Below, one piece after another: positions 28,529 through 36,346 of a DNA stretch of 64,000 nucleotides. The DNA comes from an uncultured virus (IMG/VR IMGVR_UViG_3300013112_000606). Lineage: Duplodnaviria > Heunggongvirae > Uroviricota > Caudoviricetes. The position numbers were made by a program, and so were the translations under genes. Numbering within the stretch: the first letter of the stretch is position 1; each line of letters opens with the position of its first letter. A model generated the notes under the pieces. The model saw only the letters and a program-made list of their open reading frames with translations. It did not search any database and was not told the origin of the DNA. The DNA is taken from IMG/VR virus record IMGVR_UViG_3300013112_000606. One strand, 5' to 3'.

Positions 28529-28734
28529 GATTCATCCCCCAGGGCATGACCCTGGGGCACCAGCAGCCCACGGGCTGAGGGTAACCGCCGGAGGGGCGGG
28601 TGAGGCAGAGCCGGGGCGCCCCGGCCTGCCACCCTCTACGGAGGACCGATGCTGAGCCTCAGCGCCAGCGCAGTGGTCGCCATCTAGCTCCCCGGTTCGG
28701 GGAGCGACTCCCTACATCTGTATCTGCATCGCAC

Positions 28735-28811
28735 GGGCCGCGTAGCTCAGCTGGGAGAGCGTCTGGTTTGCACCCAGAAGGTCCCGGGTTCGATCCCCGG
28801 CCGGTCCACCA
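28735..28811 (+). tRNA. trnA: tRNA-Ala(TGC)
   Basis: G3:U70, one bulged base in the acceptor stem, CCA. Confidence 0.88.
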
Positions 28812-28814
28812 CGT

Positions 28815-28891
28815 ACCTCGGTAGCTCAGCCAGGGAGAGCAAACGCCTTACAAGCGAGAGGTCGGGGGTTCGATTCCCTCCCGGGGTACCA
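28815..28891 (+). tRNA. trnV: tRNA-Val(TAC)
   Basis: Cloverleaf with two mismatches at the top of the anticodon stem, CCA. Confidence 0.8.
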
Positions 28892-28933
28892 CTTTCCAAT
28901 CCCATGCAAACCGTGATTTCATGGGGGTATGGG

Positions 28934-29715
28934 ATGGAAGAAGGCCACTCAGACGGGGACCGAGTGGGCGAGGGTCAGCGCGTCAGGATGGGCCGCTCGC
29001 TGTGGGAGCATGTGCCCTTCACCAAGATCCTCCCCTTCCTGCTGATCATCGGGGCCGCCTACATCATCTTCACCGGCGTCGTCAGCGGGTACACCACCCA
29101 CACCATGGGCTGGTGGGATGAGCGGCACCCGTCGGTGGAGGAGATCAACCTCGTCGAGGCCTGCCGGGACCACCACCCCACCCCCTTCCTGGGGGCACCC
29201 GCCTCATCGAGCAGGTGGACAAGGCGCGGGGCATGGGGAGGCACCACTTCAAGGAGATGCGCTTCTACATGGCGCTGAACTTCGGGTTCATCCTCACGGC
29301 CTTCGTGCTGGGCAGCTTCGACGTCGCGGTCGTCATCCTCGTGCTCAAGAAGGGCTTCGACGACGTCTCCACGGCCACCAAGGGGGCCGTGCTGGCGCTC
29401 ACCATCTCGGCCACGCTCTTCGGGGGGTCCGCGGCCGTGCTCAAGACGGACGCCAACAGCGACGGGAACCAGGAGCTCTACACGAAGTACATGGCGCTGT
29501 ACAACCGCGGCCGTACCTACGCCATGATCGGCGAGGACATGGTCTGGGGCGACATCGAGGTTGTCACCTACATCCGGCGCCTGGACAAGCTGCTCGACGA
29601 GTACGACCAGATCTACGTCGAGGTGGACTCGAGCAAGGCCGTGGTGCCGTCGTCCTTCACGCACTCGGGTGGGTCCGGGGACGAGGAGGTTGACGCCGAT
29701 GACGACGCCGAGTAG
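28934..29715 (+). pseudogene. membrane protein split by a 1-nt frameshift at the G run 29191-29195 (error or pseudogene)
   Basis: Adding one G joins ...HPTPFL to GGTRLIEQVDKARG...; several hydrophobic segments. Confidence 0.6.
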
Positions 29716-29811
29716 GCTCGTCCGCATGTGGAAGCGAACTCCCACACCTACGCCAATTATCTAGCCGGCCGGTCGGTCGGCTCCCCCATGCCCAAAACTG
29801 AATAGTTCCGT

Positions 29812-29898
29812 ACCACCGTAGCTCAGTGGTCAGAGCGCCCGCCTGATAAGCGGGAGGCCTTCGGGAATTCACTGGTTCAATCCCAGTCGGTGGTACCA
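29812..29898 (+). tRNA. trnI: tRNA-Ile(GAT) with an expanded variable region
   Basis: CCCGC-CT GAT AA-GCGGG; 16-nt variable region; CCA. Confidence 0.85.
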
Positions 29899-29902
29899 CC
29901 TG

Positions 29903-29979
29903 GGTGCCGTAGCTCAGCTAGGCAGAGCAGCTGTTTCGTAATCAGCAGGTCCTCGGTTCGATTCCGAGCGGTACCTCCA
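29903..29979 (+). tRNA. trnT: tRNA-Thr(CGT)
   Basis: Cloverleaf, CCA. Confidence 0.88.
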
Positions 29980-29982
29980 GGT

Positions 29983-30058
29983 GTGGGTGTAGCGCAGGTG
30001 GCAGCGCGCCTGGTTCGGGACCAGGAGGTCGTCGGTTCGAGCCCGACCACCCGCACCA
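29983..30058 (+). tRNA. trnP: tRNA-Pro(CGG)
   Basis: Cloverleaf, CCA. Confidence 0.9.
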
Positions 30059-30062
30059 ACCA

Positions 30063-30134
30063 CGGGGTGTAGCGCAGCGGTAGCGCGCCGGTTCGGGGGA
30101 CCGGAGGTCGCTGGTTCGATCCCAGCCACCCCGA
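30063..30134 (+). tRNA. trnP: tRNA-Pro(GGG), C33, no encoded CCA
   Basis: CCGGT-TC GGG GG-ACCGG. Confidence 0.8.
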
Positions 30135-30139
30135 GGCAC

Positions 30140-30168
30140 TTGACCTCACCACCATCCTGCTCTACGCT
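30140..30168 (+). promoter_or_regulatory. sigma70-type promoter of a tRNA operon
   Basis: TTGACC-17-TACGCT. Confidence 0.6.
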
Positions 30169-30174
30169 CCCCCC

Positions 30175-30225
30175 ATGACTTTCGTCAGCCCCACCTTCAT
30201 GCACCGCTGGAACAAGCACAGGTAA
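30175..30225 (+). CDS. leaderless mini-ORF MTFVSPTFMHRWNKHR
   Basis: ATG 6 nt after the -10 box. Confidence 0.45.
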   Translation: MTFVSPTFMHRWNKHR

Positions 30226-30291
30226 TTCTGCGTCCGCCCCTCCGTCTGCTTGTCGCCCGAAGGGGCGGCAGGTGGGACTGGCGAGGTGCGT

Positions 30292-30367
30292 GCGCCTCTA
30301 GCTCAACAGGTAGAGCACTGGACTCTTAATCCGGGGGTTCGGGGTTCGATTCCCCGGGGGCGTGCCA
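30292..30367 (+). tRNA. trnK: tRNA-Lys(CTT)
   Basis: Cloverleaf, CCA. Confidence 0.92.
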
Positions 30368-30370
30368 GGA

Positions 30371-30445
30371 TGCTGCGTAGCTCAGCGGTAGAGCAGCCGG
30401 CTCATAACTGGCAGGTCGGTGGTTCGAGCCCACCCGTAGCAACCA
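30371..30445 (+). tRNA. tRNA-Met(CAT) elongator (or Ile2)
   Basis: Cloverleaf, CCA. Confidence 0.88.
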
Positions 30446-30447
30446 GC

Positions 30448-30523
30448 GGTGTCATAGCTCAGTTGGTAGAGCGTCGGCCTGTTAAGTCGATGGTCCTTGG
30501 TTCGAGTCCAAGTGGCACCGCCA
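30448..30523 (+). tRNA. trnN: tRNA-Asn(GTT)
   Basis: Cloverleaf, CCA. Confidence 0.92.
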
Positions 30524-30535
30524 TCTTTGAAAATC

Positions 30536-30610
30536 GGCCCCGTAGCTCAGTGGATCGAGAGCAGCGCACTCCGGATGCGCAGGTCGCAGGTTCGAGTCCT
30601 GCCGGGGTCA
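30536..30610 (+). tRNA. trnR: tRNA-Arg(CCG), no encoded CCA
   Basis: Cloverleaf. Confidence 0.9.
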
Positions 30611-30613
30611 CGT

Positions 30614-30691
30614 GCCCGTGTAGCTCAGCGGACTCAGAGCGTCCGGCTACGAACCGGAAGGTCGCAGGTTCGATCCCTGCCGCGGGTGCCA
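30614..30691 (+). tRNA. trnR: tRNA-Arg(ACG)
   Basis: Cloverleaf, CCA. Confidence 0.92.
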
Positions 30692-30698
30692 TATATGT

Positions 30699-30775
30699 GG
30701 GGACAGAGCTCGGATGGAAGTAGCGCCCGGATGTGGCCCGGGAGGTTCCAGGTTCGACTCCTGGTGTCCCTACCA
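30699..30775 (+). tRNA. trnH: tRNA-His(GTG), atypical (T at -1, A73)
   Basis: CCCGG-AT GTG GC-CCGGG; CCA. Confidence 0.8.
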
Positions 30776-30777
30776 GA

Positions 30778-30855
30778 GTGCCAGTAGCTCAGTGGAACGA
30801 GAGCAGCGGGTTTCTACCCCGCCGGTCGTGGGTTCGAGCCCCACCTGGCACCCCA
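30778..30855 (+). tRNA. trnR: tRNA-Arg(TCT)
   Basis: GCGGG-TT TCT AC-CCCGC; CCA. Confidence 0.85.
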
Positions 30856-30856
30856 T

Positions 30857-30930
30857 GCGGGCGCATGTTCCAAGGCAGGCGACGGGGGCTCCAAACCCCT
30901 GTGCGGTGGGTTCGATTCCCTCGGTCCGTG
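30857..30930 (+). tRNA. trnW: tRNA-Trp(CCA), atypical D arm, no encoded CCA end
   Basis: GGGGG-CT CCA AA-CCCCT; T-loop TTCGATT. Confidence 0.75.
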
Positions 30931-30945
30931 GGGTATACTGTGAGG

Positions 30946-31236
30946 ATGCGACCAGGCGAGAAGATGGTGAGGGAGCTCGGGCTCTCCACGGACGCGGAGA
31001 ACGCGTTGGTGGACGCCATGGCCTCGACCTGCCTGCTCTCTCGGGAGACGGCCCTGTCACAGCCCATCTGGATCTTCCAGAAGCACTCCCGGACGGCCTA
31101 CCGGCGGAAGATGGGGGAGGCCCTCTTCTGGGAGCTCGAGGCCGCGCTGGCTGGCCGCGGCATCTTCTTCAGCGGGTATGATGGCGGAGAGGGTGGGAAT
31201 CGAACCCACAGGCCCCGTGAAGGACCGTCCGCTTAG
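30946..31236 (+). CDS. RNA polymerase alpha-CTD-like small protein
   Basis: VRELGLSTDAENALV...KMGEALFWELEAALAGRGIFF; leaderless start after TATACT (30934); 3' end overlaps the antisense tRNA-Ser. Confidence 0.5.
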   Translation: MRPGEKMVRELGLSTDAENALVDAMASTCLLSRETALSQPIWIFQKHSRTAYRRKMGEALFWELEAALAGRGIFFSGYDGGEGGNRTHRPREGPSA

Positions 31237-31274
31237 CAGGCGGATACGGCTCAGCCAGTCTCCGTCGCCCCTCC
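31182..31274 (-). tRNA. trnS: tRNA-Ser(GCT)
   Basis: Cloverleaf with long variable arm, CCA. Confidence 0.85.
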
Positions 31275-31275
31275 A

Positions 31276-31361
31276 TGGCGGGTAGGACAGGAGTCGAACC
31301 TGCGGAGCTTTCGCTCGGCGCCTTTCCAGGACGCTGCCATCGGCCACTCGGCCACCTACCC
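31276..31361 (-). tRNA. trnS: tRNA-Ser(GGA)
   Basis: Cloverleaf, CCA. Confidence 0.9.
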
Positions 31362-31550
31362 ATACATCTCCCTGCGCAGGCGCCGCAGCTTCTTCTGGAG
31401 CTTGCTGGCCTTGATGCCGCGGCACTGGCCCTCGAAGTCGCAGACGACCACGGCGTGCGACAGAGCGTCGAGGGTCCCGCGCGACAGCATCTGGTAGGCC
31501 AGCTTGCCGATGCGTGCGTATCGGAAGATGTTCAGCATCTTGTTGCTCAC
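31356..31550 (-). CDS. small hypothetical protein within the tRNA operon
   Basis: 64-aa ORF with GC3 bias. Confidence 0.5.
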   Translation of the reverse strand: MSNKMLNIFRYARIGKLAYQMLSRGTLDALSHAVVVCDFEGQCRGIKASKLQKKLRRLRREMYG

Positions 31551-31639
31551 CGATCAGTGTTTCGCGCTAAGCAAGGAAACTTGCGTAGCGCACGTGATCG
31601 ACAACCGTTATGAAGGTTTCGGGCTCGAAACTTTCATAG

Positions 31640-31731
31640 TGGAGGAGGGCAGGGGACTCGAACCCCCACGCCCAGGGTCACTGGACTCGCCTGTTTTCGA
31701 GACAGGTGCCTTACCATTCGGCCAACCCTCC
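31640..31731 (-). tRNA. trnS: tRNA-Ser(CGA)
   Basis: Cloverleaf, CCA. Confidence 0.92.
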
Positions 31732-31893
31732 ATCCGGGTGAGTGTCAAACCACGGTGGACGGTTGACTCACCTGGCTTCAGCGCGGCCATCTTCTCGTGG
31801 AGCCCGGGCTCCTTCCACGGCCATGGCGCATCAGCCAGCACCTCCTCGAGGGTCTCTCGACGTTCGTCTGTCATCGGCTCGTCCTCGTACAGT

Positions 31894-31983
31894 TGGTCCA
31901 GGAGGAGGGAGTTGAACCCCCACAGCGCTCGGCGACGGAGTTACGGTCCGCTGGGCTCAGCCACATGCCCTGGGTGCTCCTGG
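31894..31983 (-). tRNA. trnY: tRNA-Tyr(GTA), atypical (C33, enlarged D arm)
   Basis: GCGGA-CC GTA AC-TCCGT; CCA. Confidence 0.75.
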
Positions 31984-31995
31984 GTATTCAGGTGT

Positions 31996-32071
31996 TGGCG
32001 GTGCCGACGGGGCTCGAACCCGCTACCTCCGGCGTGACAGGCCGGCGTCCTTCCTCCAGGACTGCGACACC
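31996..32071 (-). tRNA. trnD: tRNA-Asp(GTC)
   Basis: Cloverleaf, CCA. Confidence 0.9.
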
Positions 32072-32074
32072 ACG

Positions 32075-32150
32075 TGGTGGGAAGGGGAGGACTCGAACCT
32101 CCAACACCGAGATCTTCAGTCCCGTGCTCTGCCCGTTGAGCTACCGACCC
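32075..32150 (-). tRNA. trnF: tRNA-Phe(GAA)
   Basis: Cloverleaf with two acceptor-stem mismatches, CCA. Confidence 0.85.
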
Positions 32151-32154
32151 ACGT

Positions 32155-32228
32155 TGGACCAGGCACTCGGAATCGAACCGAGGATACGGGAGTTGCAGTC
32201 CCGCGCCTTACCTCTTGGCTATGCCCGG
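32155..32228 (-). tRNA. trnC: tRNA-Cys(GCA)
   Basis: Cloverleaf, U73, CCA. Confidence 0.92.
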
Positions 32229-32230
32229 TC

Positions 32231-32307
32231 TGGTACGGCAGTCGGGGCTTGAACCCGATCACACCGGGATGAAAACCCGGCGGCTCGACCGCTTCGCCTT
32301 CTGCCGC
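32231..32307 (-). tRNA. trnE: tRNA-Glu(TTC)
   Basis: Cloverleaf, CCA. Confidence 0.85.
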
Positions 32308-32309
32308 GC

Positions 32310-32386
32310 TGGTACAGCAGGCGGGATTTGAACCCGCGATCTCCGACGTGAGAGGCCGGTGCCCTTGACCACTAGGCTACTGCTGC
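32310..32386 (-). tRNA. trnE: tRNA-Glu(CTC)
   Basis: Cloverleaf, CCA. Confidence 0.9.
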
Positions 32387-32456
32387 ACGTGCACACCCGT
32401 TCCACCTCCCTGCCCCCATCGGGGCCAGGAAAGGTCACGGAAGGGGGCAGGCGTAC

Positions 32457-32519
32457 CTAGAGGGACTCGCTATCGAAGCAATAGGACGAAGATTCGAGGC
32501 AGGTATGCGAGGTGTGCAT
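32457..32519 (-). CDS. leaderless mini-ORF (MHTSHTC..., 20 aa) heading the minus-strand tRNA operon
   Basis: TATAGT-CCCCCC-ATG on the minus strand. Confidence 0.45.
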   Translation of the reverse strand: MHTSHTCLESSSYCFDSESL

Positions 32520-32592
32520 GGGGGGACTATACCGAGGACCTGACGGGTTGTACAGCTTGACGTGACCGAACGCGTGACTACGGTGGTTGCAA

Positions 32593-32667
32593 GGGCCTAT
32601 AGCTCAGTGGAGAGCAGCCGGGGTTCTAACCTTGGTGGCCGAGGTTCAACTCCTCGTAGGCCCACCA
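32593..32667 (+). tRNA. atypical suppressor-type tRNA (anticodon UCUA or CUA)
   Basis: Perfect acceptor stem GGGCCTA/TAGGCCC-A-CCA, T arm CGAGG-TTCAACT-CCTCG, enlarged anticodon arm GCCGGG-GTTCTAAC-CTTGGT; own promoter TTGACG...TACGGT at 32557-32584. Confidence 0.8.
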
Positions 32668-32678
32668 CCGGAGACACC

Positions 32679-33021
32679 ATGATCGGCTTCACGTAGATAC
32701 CGCTGGAAACAGACCGCCCTGGAGTCAGGGCGTGAAGTTCACCTCCTCGAGGACCTGGCCAAGGTCCTCTACGTTCGCCCACAGATGTGGCGTGTCCTGT
32801 GCCGGCAGAAGCCGGCGTCCGACCTCGTTTCCATAGGCACCACCAACTCGCTGCACGACGCCCAGGCCCTCGCCGAGGAGCACCTGGAGGAGTGCGGCCT
32901 TCTGCCCTTGGAGGGCTCCCATGACCGAGCGCATCCGACACCTGAAAATCAAGATCGTGAACCTGGCCGACGAGGCGAGGACCATCCGGGCCGAGGAGCG
33001 GAAGCTGAAGCCGCGCCATGA
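32679..33021 (+). CDS. hypothetical protein requiring a +1 shift at TAGA (32694-32697)
   Basis: GGAG RBS then ATG ATC GGC TTC ACG TAGA TAC CGC TGG..., continuing into ORF 32785-33021. Confidence 0.55.
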
Positions 33022-33274
33022 CGGCTCCGGCTACAACCGCGCCTACTTCGACCTCCACGACCACCGCGTAGGGATCGTCCGCGACGCGGCCCGGACCAAC
33101 CTGCTGGCCTACGCCTTCCTCCGCGGCCGGCCCTACAGCTCGGTGGAAGGCCCCAACACCCGCAAGTCCGTCGACTGGAAGCGGGTGAAGCGCACCGTGC
33201 GCCGGTTCGGTGGGGACGAGGCCGCCTTCGAGGAGTGGATGCCCGAGGCCGCGGAGGAGCGCGAGGCAGCGTGA
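32921..33274 (+). CDS. conserved phage hypothetical protein
   Basis: LKIKIVNLADEARTIRAEE...LAYAFLRGRPYSSVE. Confidence 0.8.
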   Translation: MTERIRHLKIKIVNLADEARTIRAEERKLKPRHDGSGYNRAYFDLHDHRVGIVRDAARTNLLAYAFLRGRPYSSVEGPNTRKSVDWKRVKRTVRRFGGDEAAFEEWMPEAAEEREAA

Positions 33275-33321
33275 TTCAGGGATAACGAGAGGCCAGCCGG
33301 GATCGGCTGACCCCTCTGGGG

Positions 33322-34650
33322 TCACAGCTTGGGGTTCACGCACTCGTGGGGCTCCTTGTCGTCCCGGATCCGCTTGATGCGCGGGAACCGGAGGGAGCCC
33401 TTGGGGGTCCAGCCGTCGAACTCGACCTGGACCACGATGGGGAACTTGCTGGGGTCAGCGAGCTGGCGCTTCATCTGATCGGTCAGGCCGCTGCCTGCCT
33501 GCGCGATGCGCACGAGCTCGCCCTTGCTGTCGTACTGGAAGAGGGCCAGGGACTTCACGCACCCCTGGTGCCGGCCGGTGCCGTACTCGCCGAGCCCCTC
33601 GGAGGGATCCCAGTACGCCACGAAGTCGTCCTCGTAGATGGGCTTGAGCTTGCCAGCGAACGGGGGCCGGTCGGTCTTGCCTCGGAGGTTCCAGGCGCGG
33701 TCACCCATCACCCCCTTGGGGTCGACGACGACCCAGCCTTCCCACCCCAGCCGCTCGGCCTCGGCGCGCAGCGCCTCGACCGGCCCGGTGTCGTGCCGAC
33801 GACGCATCGCCTGGATCTCGTCGTTGTCGAAGATGTCGACGGGGTCGATGTAGTCGCAGTTGTGGAACAGGTCGTGGATGAGCCCGTAGCGCCACTGCAG
33901 GGGCAGCTCGGCGCAGGCCGGGTTGCCGCCCCAGAAGGCGATGTCCCAGACGTAGTACCGCAGCCGGCCCAGCTCGGCCTGGGCCTCGAGGGCGGCGGGA
34001 GTCAGGCTCTTGGTGACGGACTCGACGAGGGCGAAGTCGTCGAGGTCGGTGTCCGGCTTGTCGGCGACCACCTCGCCGAGGAACAGTGTCCGCGTCGGCA
34101 CGCTGTGCATGCGACAGACTGTCGCGACCTCGTCGGCGATGTGAGGGAACCGCTCGTTCCAGGGGATGTCCGGCTCGTTCTTGTGCGTCGGGAGCATCAC
34201 CCGCGAGTACATCTGGACGACGCCGAGCTCGTCGTGGAGGATGGGGTAGGCCATCCCGTCGCGCTTGCGCAGCGCCCAGGCCTCGCCGTCCCTGAGCTGG
34301 GTGATGAGCCCCTTCCGCATCTGGTTGGTGGGCTTCCAGAAGCGCAGGCTGATGGGGAGAGCCTCCCAGTTGATGGTCTTGTCGAACCTGCCCACGGGCA
34401 CGCCGTCGACGTGCTCGATGTACCCCTGACGCCGCTTCAGGAGGATCTGCCTCTCGGCATGCTCCTGGGCGACGACCTCGGGGGTCTTCTCGTTGGCCTT
34501 GCCGACGTTGACGGCCTTCTTGGTGTCCTGGGTCGGGGTGAGGATGCCGCCGAGCATCCCGTGCTTGGTGAAGACGGTGGGCCCCTCGACCTTGATGTGC
34601 CAGGTCCTGGTGTTGACCCTGCCGGCCTGACGGAACTCGCGGTAGCTCAC
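33322..34650 (-). CDS. ATP-dependent DNA ligase with an N-terminal WGR-like domain
   Basis: KRDG (motif I), WDI, EGWVV, GSGLTD, SLRFPRIKRIRDDK. Confidence 0.9.
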   Translation of the reverse strand: MSYREFRQAGRVNTRTWHIKVEGPTVFTKHGMLGGILTPTQDTKKAVNVGKANEKTPEVVAQEHAERQILLKRRQGYIEHVDGVPVGRFDKTINWEALPISLRFWKPTNQMRKGLITQLRDGEAWALRKRDGMAYPILHDELGVVQMYSRVMLPTHKNEPDIPWNERFPHIADEVATVCRMHSVPTRTLFLGEVVADKPDTDLDDFALVESVTKSLTPAALEAQAELGRLRYYVWDIAFWGGNPACAELPLQWRYGLIHDLFHNCDYIDPVDIFDNDEIQAMRRRHDTGPVEALRAEAERLGWEGWVVVDPKGVMGDRAWNLRGKTDRPPFAGKLKPIYEDDFVAYWDPSEGLGEYGTGRHQGCVKSLALFQYDSKGELVRIAQAGSGLTDQMKRQLADPSKFPIVVQVEFDGWTPKGSLRFPRIKRIRDDKEPHECVNPKL

Positions 34651-34988
34651 TTCACCACGCGGGGCCGGGAGTAGAGGCGTCCCCGCCGACGCTTCGGCGT
34701 GGGGGGTGGGGTGACGTGGGCCTGAGCCAGGCGGCGGGCCATCCGGCGGCAGCGCTTCCGCTGACCACCCGAGAGGGGCTTGTCGTAGCCGTGCTCGCCC
34801 TCGCTCGCCACCAGGGCGGCGGACTCGCGGTGCTCCAGCTCCTGCTGCATCAGGGCGGCGTAGAGCTGGTGGAACAGCTTGTGCTTGTCCGGTCCGGGGA
34901 CGACGCCGCCGGGCAGGGCGACCAGGGACCGCTCGGGGTTGACGATGGCACCGGACTTCTCGTCGCGGTAGTACTGGGTATTGGGCAT
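34647..34988 (-). CDS. hypothetical protein
   Basis: RBS GGAGGAG, ATAAG motif at 35013. Confidence 0.7.
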   Translation of the reverse strand: MPNTQYYRDEKSGAIVNPERSLVALPGGVVPGPDKHKLFHQLYAALMQQELEHRESAALVASEGEHGYDKPLSGGQRKRCRRMARRLAQAHVTPPPTPKRRRGRLYSRPRVVK

Positions 34989-35038
34989 GGATCTCCTCCG
35001 TTTGTTGGTCCGCTTATACCCACAGGAGAGTGGGAGTT

Positions 35039-35563
35039 CTACGTGGCTTCGTTCTCGGGGAACCAGTGGCGCAGGGACTGGATGAGGCGGATGAGCTCGT
35101 AGGTGCTGGAGACGAGGCCGACCTCGGTGTCGCCGTTGGCCATGTTCACCACGTCGGCGTCGTCGAACCAGTGGTTGTACTCCTGGTCCTCCGGCAGGTA
35201 GCTCGCGTCAGTGTCGTCCCGCGCCTGGTAGCAGCACCGAGCCTCGTCGGTGGTGAGGTCCGCCCAGAAGACGTGCAGGGTGCACGGGGGGAACGGGACG
35301 ACGATGTTGCCGCGGAGCCGCTCGGCCGGCAGGTCCAGGCCCGCCTCCTCCCGGAACTTCCGGAGGGCGATGTAGCGGTCGAGGGGCCAGTGCCCACGCT
35401 CCTCGGTGATGTCGAGGTTGCGTGCGGCTGTGTCCTCGAGGTTGCCCTGTCCGCCGAGCCCGTTCCAGAGCTCGTGCTGCCAGGTGGGGCGCTTCTTCCG
35501 CCGGAGGAGCACGTTGCCCTCCGGGTCGAAGGCGAAGATCAGTACGTAGACGGTGTCATCCAT
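35039..35563 (-). CDS. NUDIX-like hydrolase
   Basis: VLLRRKKRPTWQHELWNGLGG...RKFREEAGL. Confidence 0.7.
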   Translation of the reverse strand: MDDTVYVLIFAFDPEGNVLLRRKKRPTWQHELWNGLGGQGNLEDTAARNLDITEERGHWPLDRYIALRKFREEAGLDLPAERLRGNIVVPFPPCTLHVFWADLTTDEARCCYQARDDTDASYLPEDQEYNHWFDDADVVNMANGDTEVGLVSSTYELIRLIQSLRHWFPENEAT

Positions 35564-35570
35564 GGTTCTC

Positions 35571-36346
35571 CTAGTGTACTCCCGGCCACAGCTTTTGCTG
35601 AGGCAGCCTGGACAGGGCGCCATCGCGGAACCCGTGAGCTCGGATGGCGATGTGGTTCTTCGGGGGGCGTCGGCGCAGCGCGTTGCAGAGCTTGCACCGC
35701 GCGCAGGTGACGCTGTAGTCGTCGACGCTGGCGGCCGGGCACATGACCTCGATGGGTAGAGGGTCCTCCACGGAGGACAGGGTGCGGAAGGTCCGCCACC
35801 CGGCGCGGGCTGCCAGGTCCACCGCCTCCGCCCCAACGACTGAGGCCATGCACCAGGACCACGCCGTCGGGTCCAGGTGCCGCCACTGCTGGGTGTAGGC
35901 CAGGCAGCCCTCCAGGCCGAGGTTGACCTCCTCGTAGACGTAGAGTGGGATGGCGGCTGGGTCGCCCCAGGCCCCCCCAGCGGACGGCCTGCCCGCTCAG
36001 CAGCTCCCGGGCCCGGCCCGTCGACACCCACTGGTACCCCCCGGTTCATGTGGGTGTACCAGATGCGCTGAGGTCCCCACTGGACGGTGACGTAGCAGCC
36101 CCCGTCGATGACCGAGGGGCGGTGGATGCAGTTGCCACAGACAGAGCCCTCCCGGCCCTCGCGCACGGCGTCGTTCAGGTTCCCCTGGTCGATGGGGATG
36201 ATGTAGCCCTGGGGCATGTCGCCCGTCTTGCGGTTGGTGGTGCGCCTCTTGCCCAGGCCGGTGACGATGAGTGCCACGTCGCCCGTCTGTCCGGGGAGCT
36301 GTGTGGGCCCCTCGTACAGGAGGATGCCCTCGGGAGGGGTGCTCAT
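35571..36346 (-). pseudogene. conserved Cys-rich phage protein broken by two 1-nt insertions in G runs
   Basis: NRKTGDMPQ, CGNC, GCYV; deleting one G at 36037-36042 and one at 35972-35978 restores VRWGAWGDP...YTQQW...MAS...GWRTFR...CARCKLC. Confidence 0.7.

Noticed and set aside
29788..29805. Fourth leader mini-ORF (MPKTE) before tRNA-Ile
   Set aside because: It has CCCCC-ATG but no convincing -10/-35 at the matching spacing, and it is too short to support.
30778..30855. Second amber suppressor tRNA (loop contains CTA)
   Set aside because: The perfect 5-bp stem centres the 7-nt loop on TCT, so it is Arg(UCU).
27477..32252. ORFs predicted across the tRNA clusters
   Set aside because: They are translations of tRNA sequence. 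31608-31874 may have a real 5' part but runs through tRNA-Ser, so it was not called.
35972..36042. Programmed recoding in the 35571-36346 gene
   Set aside because: Both shifts fall in G homopolymers (7 and 6 nt), so sequencing or assembly error is the simpler explanation.
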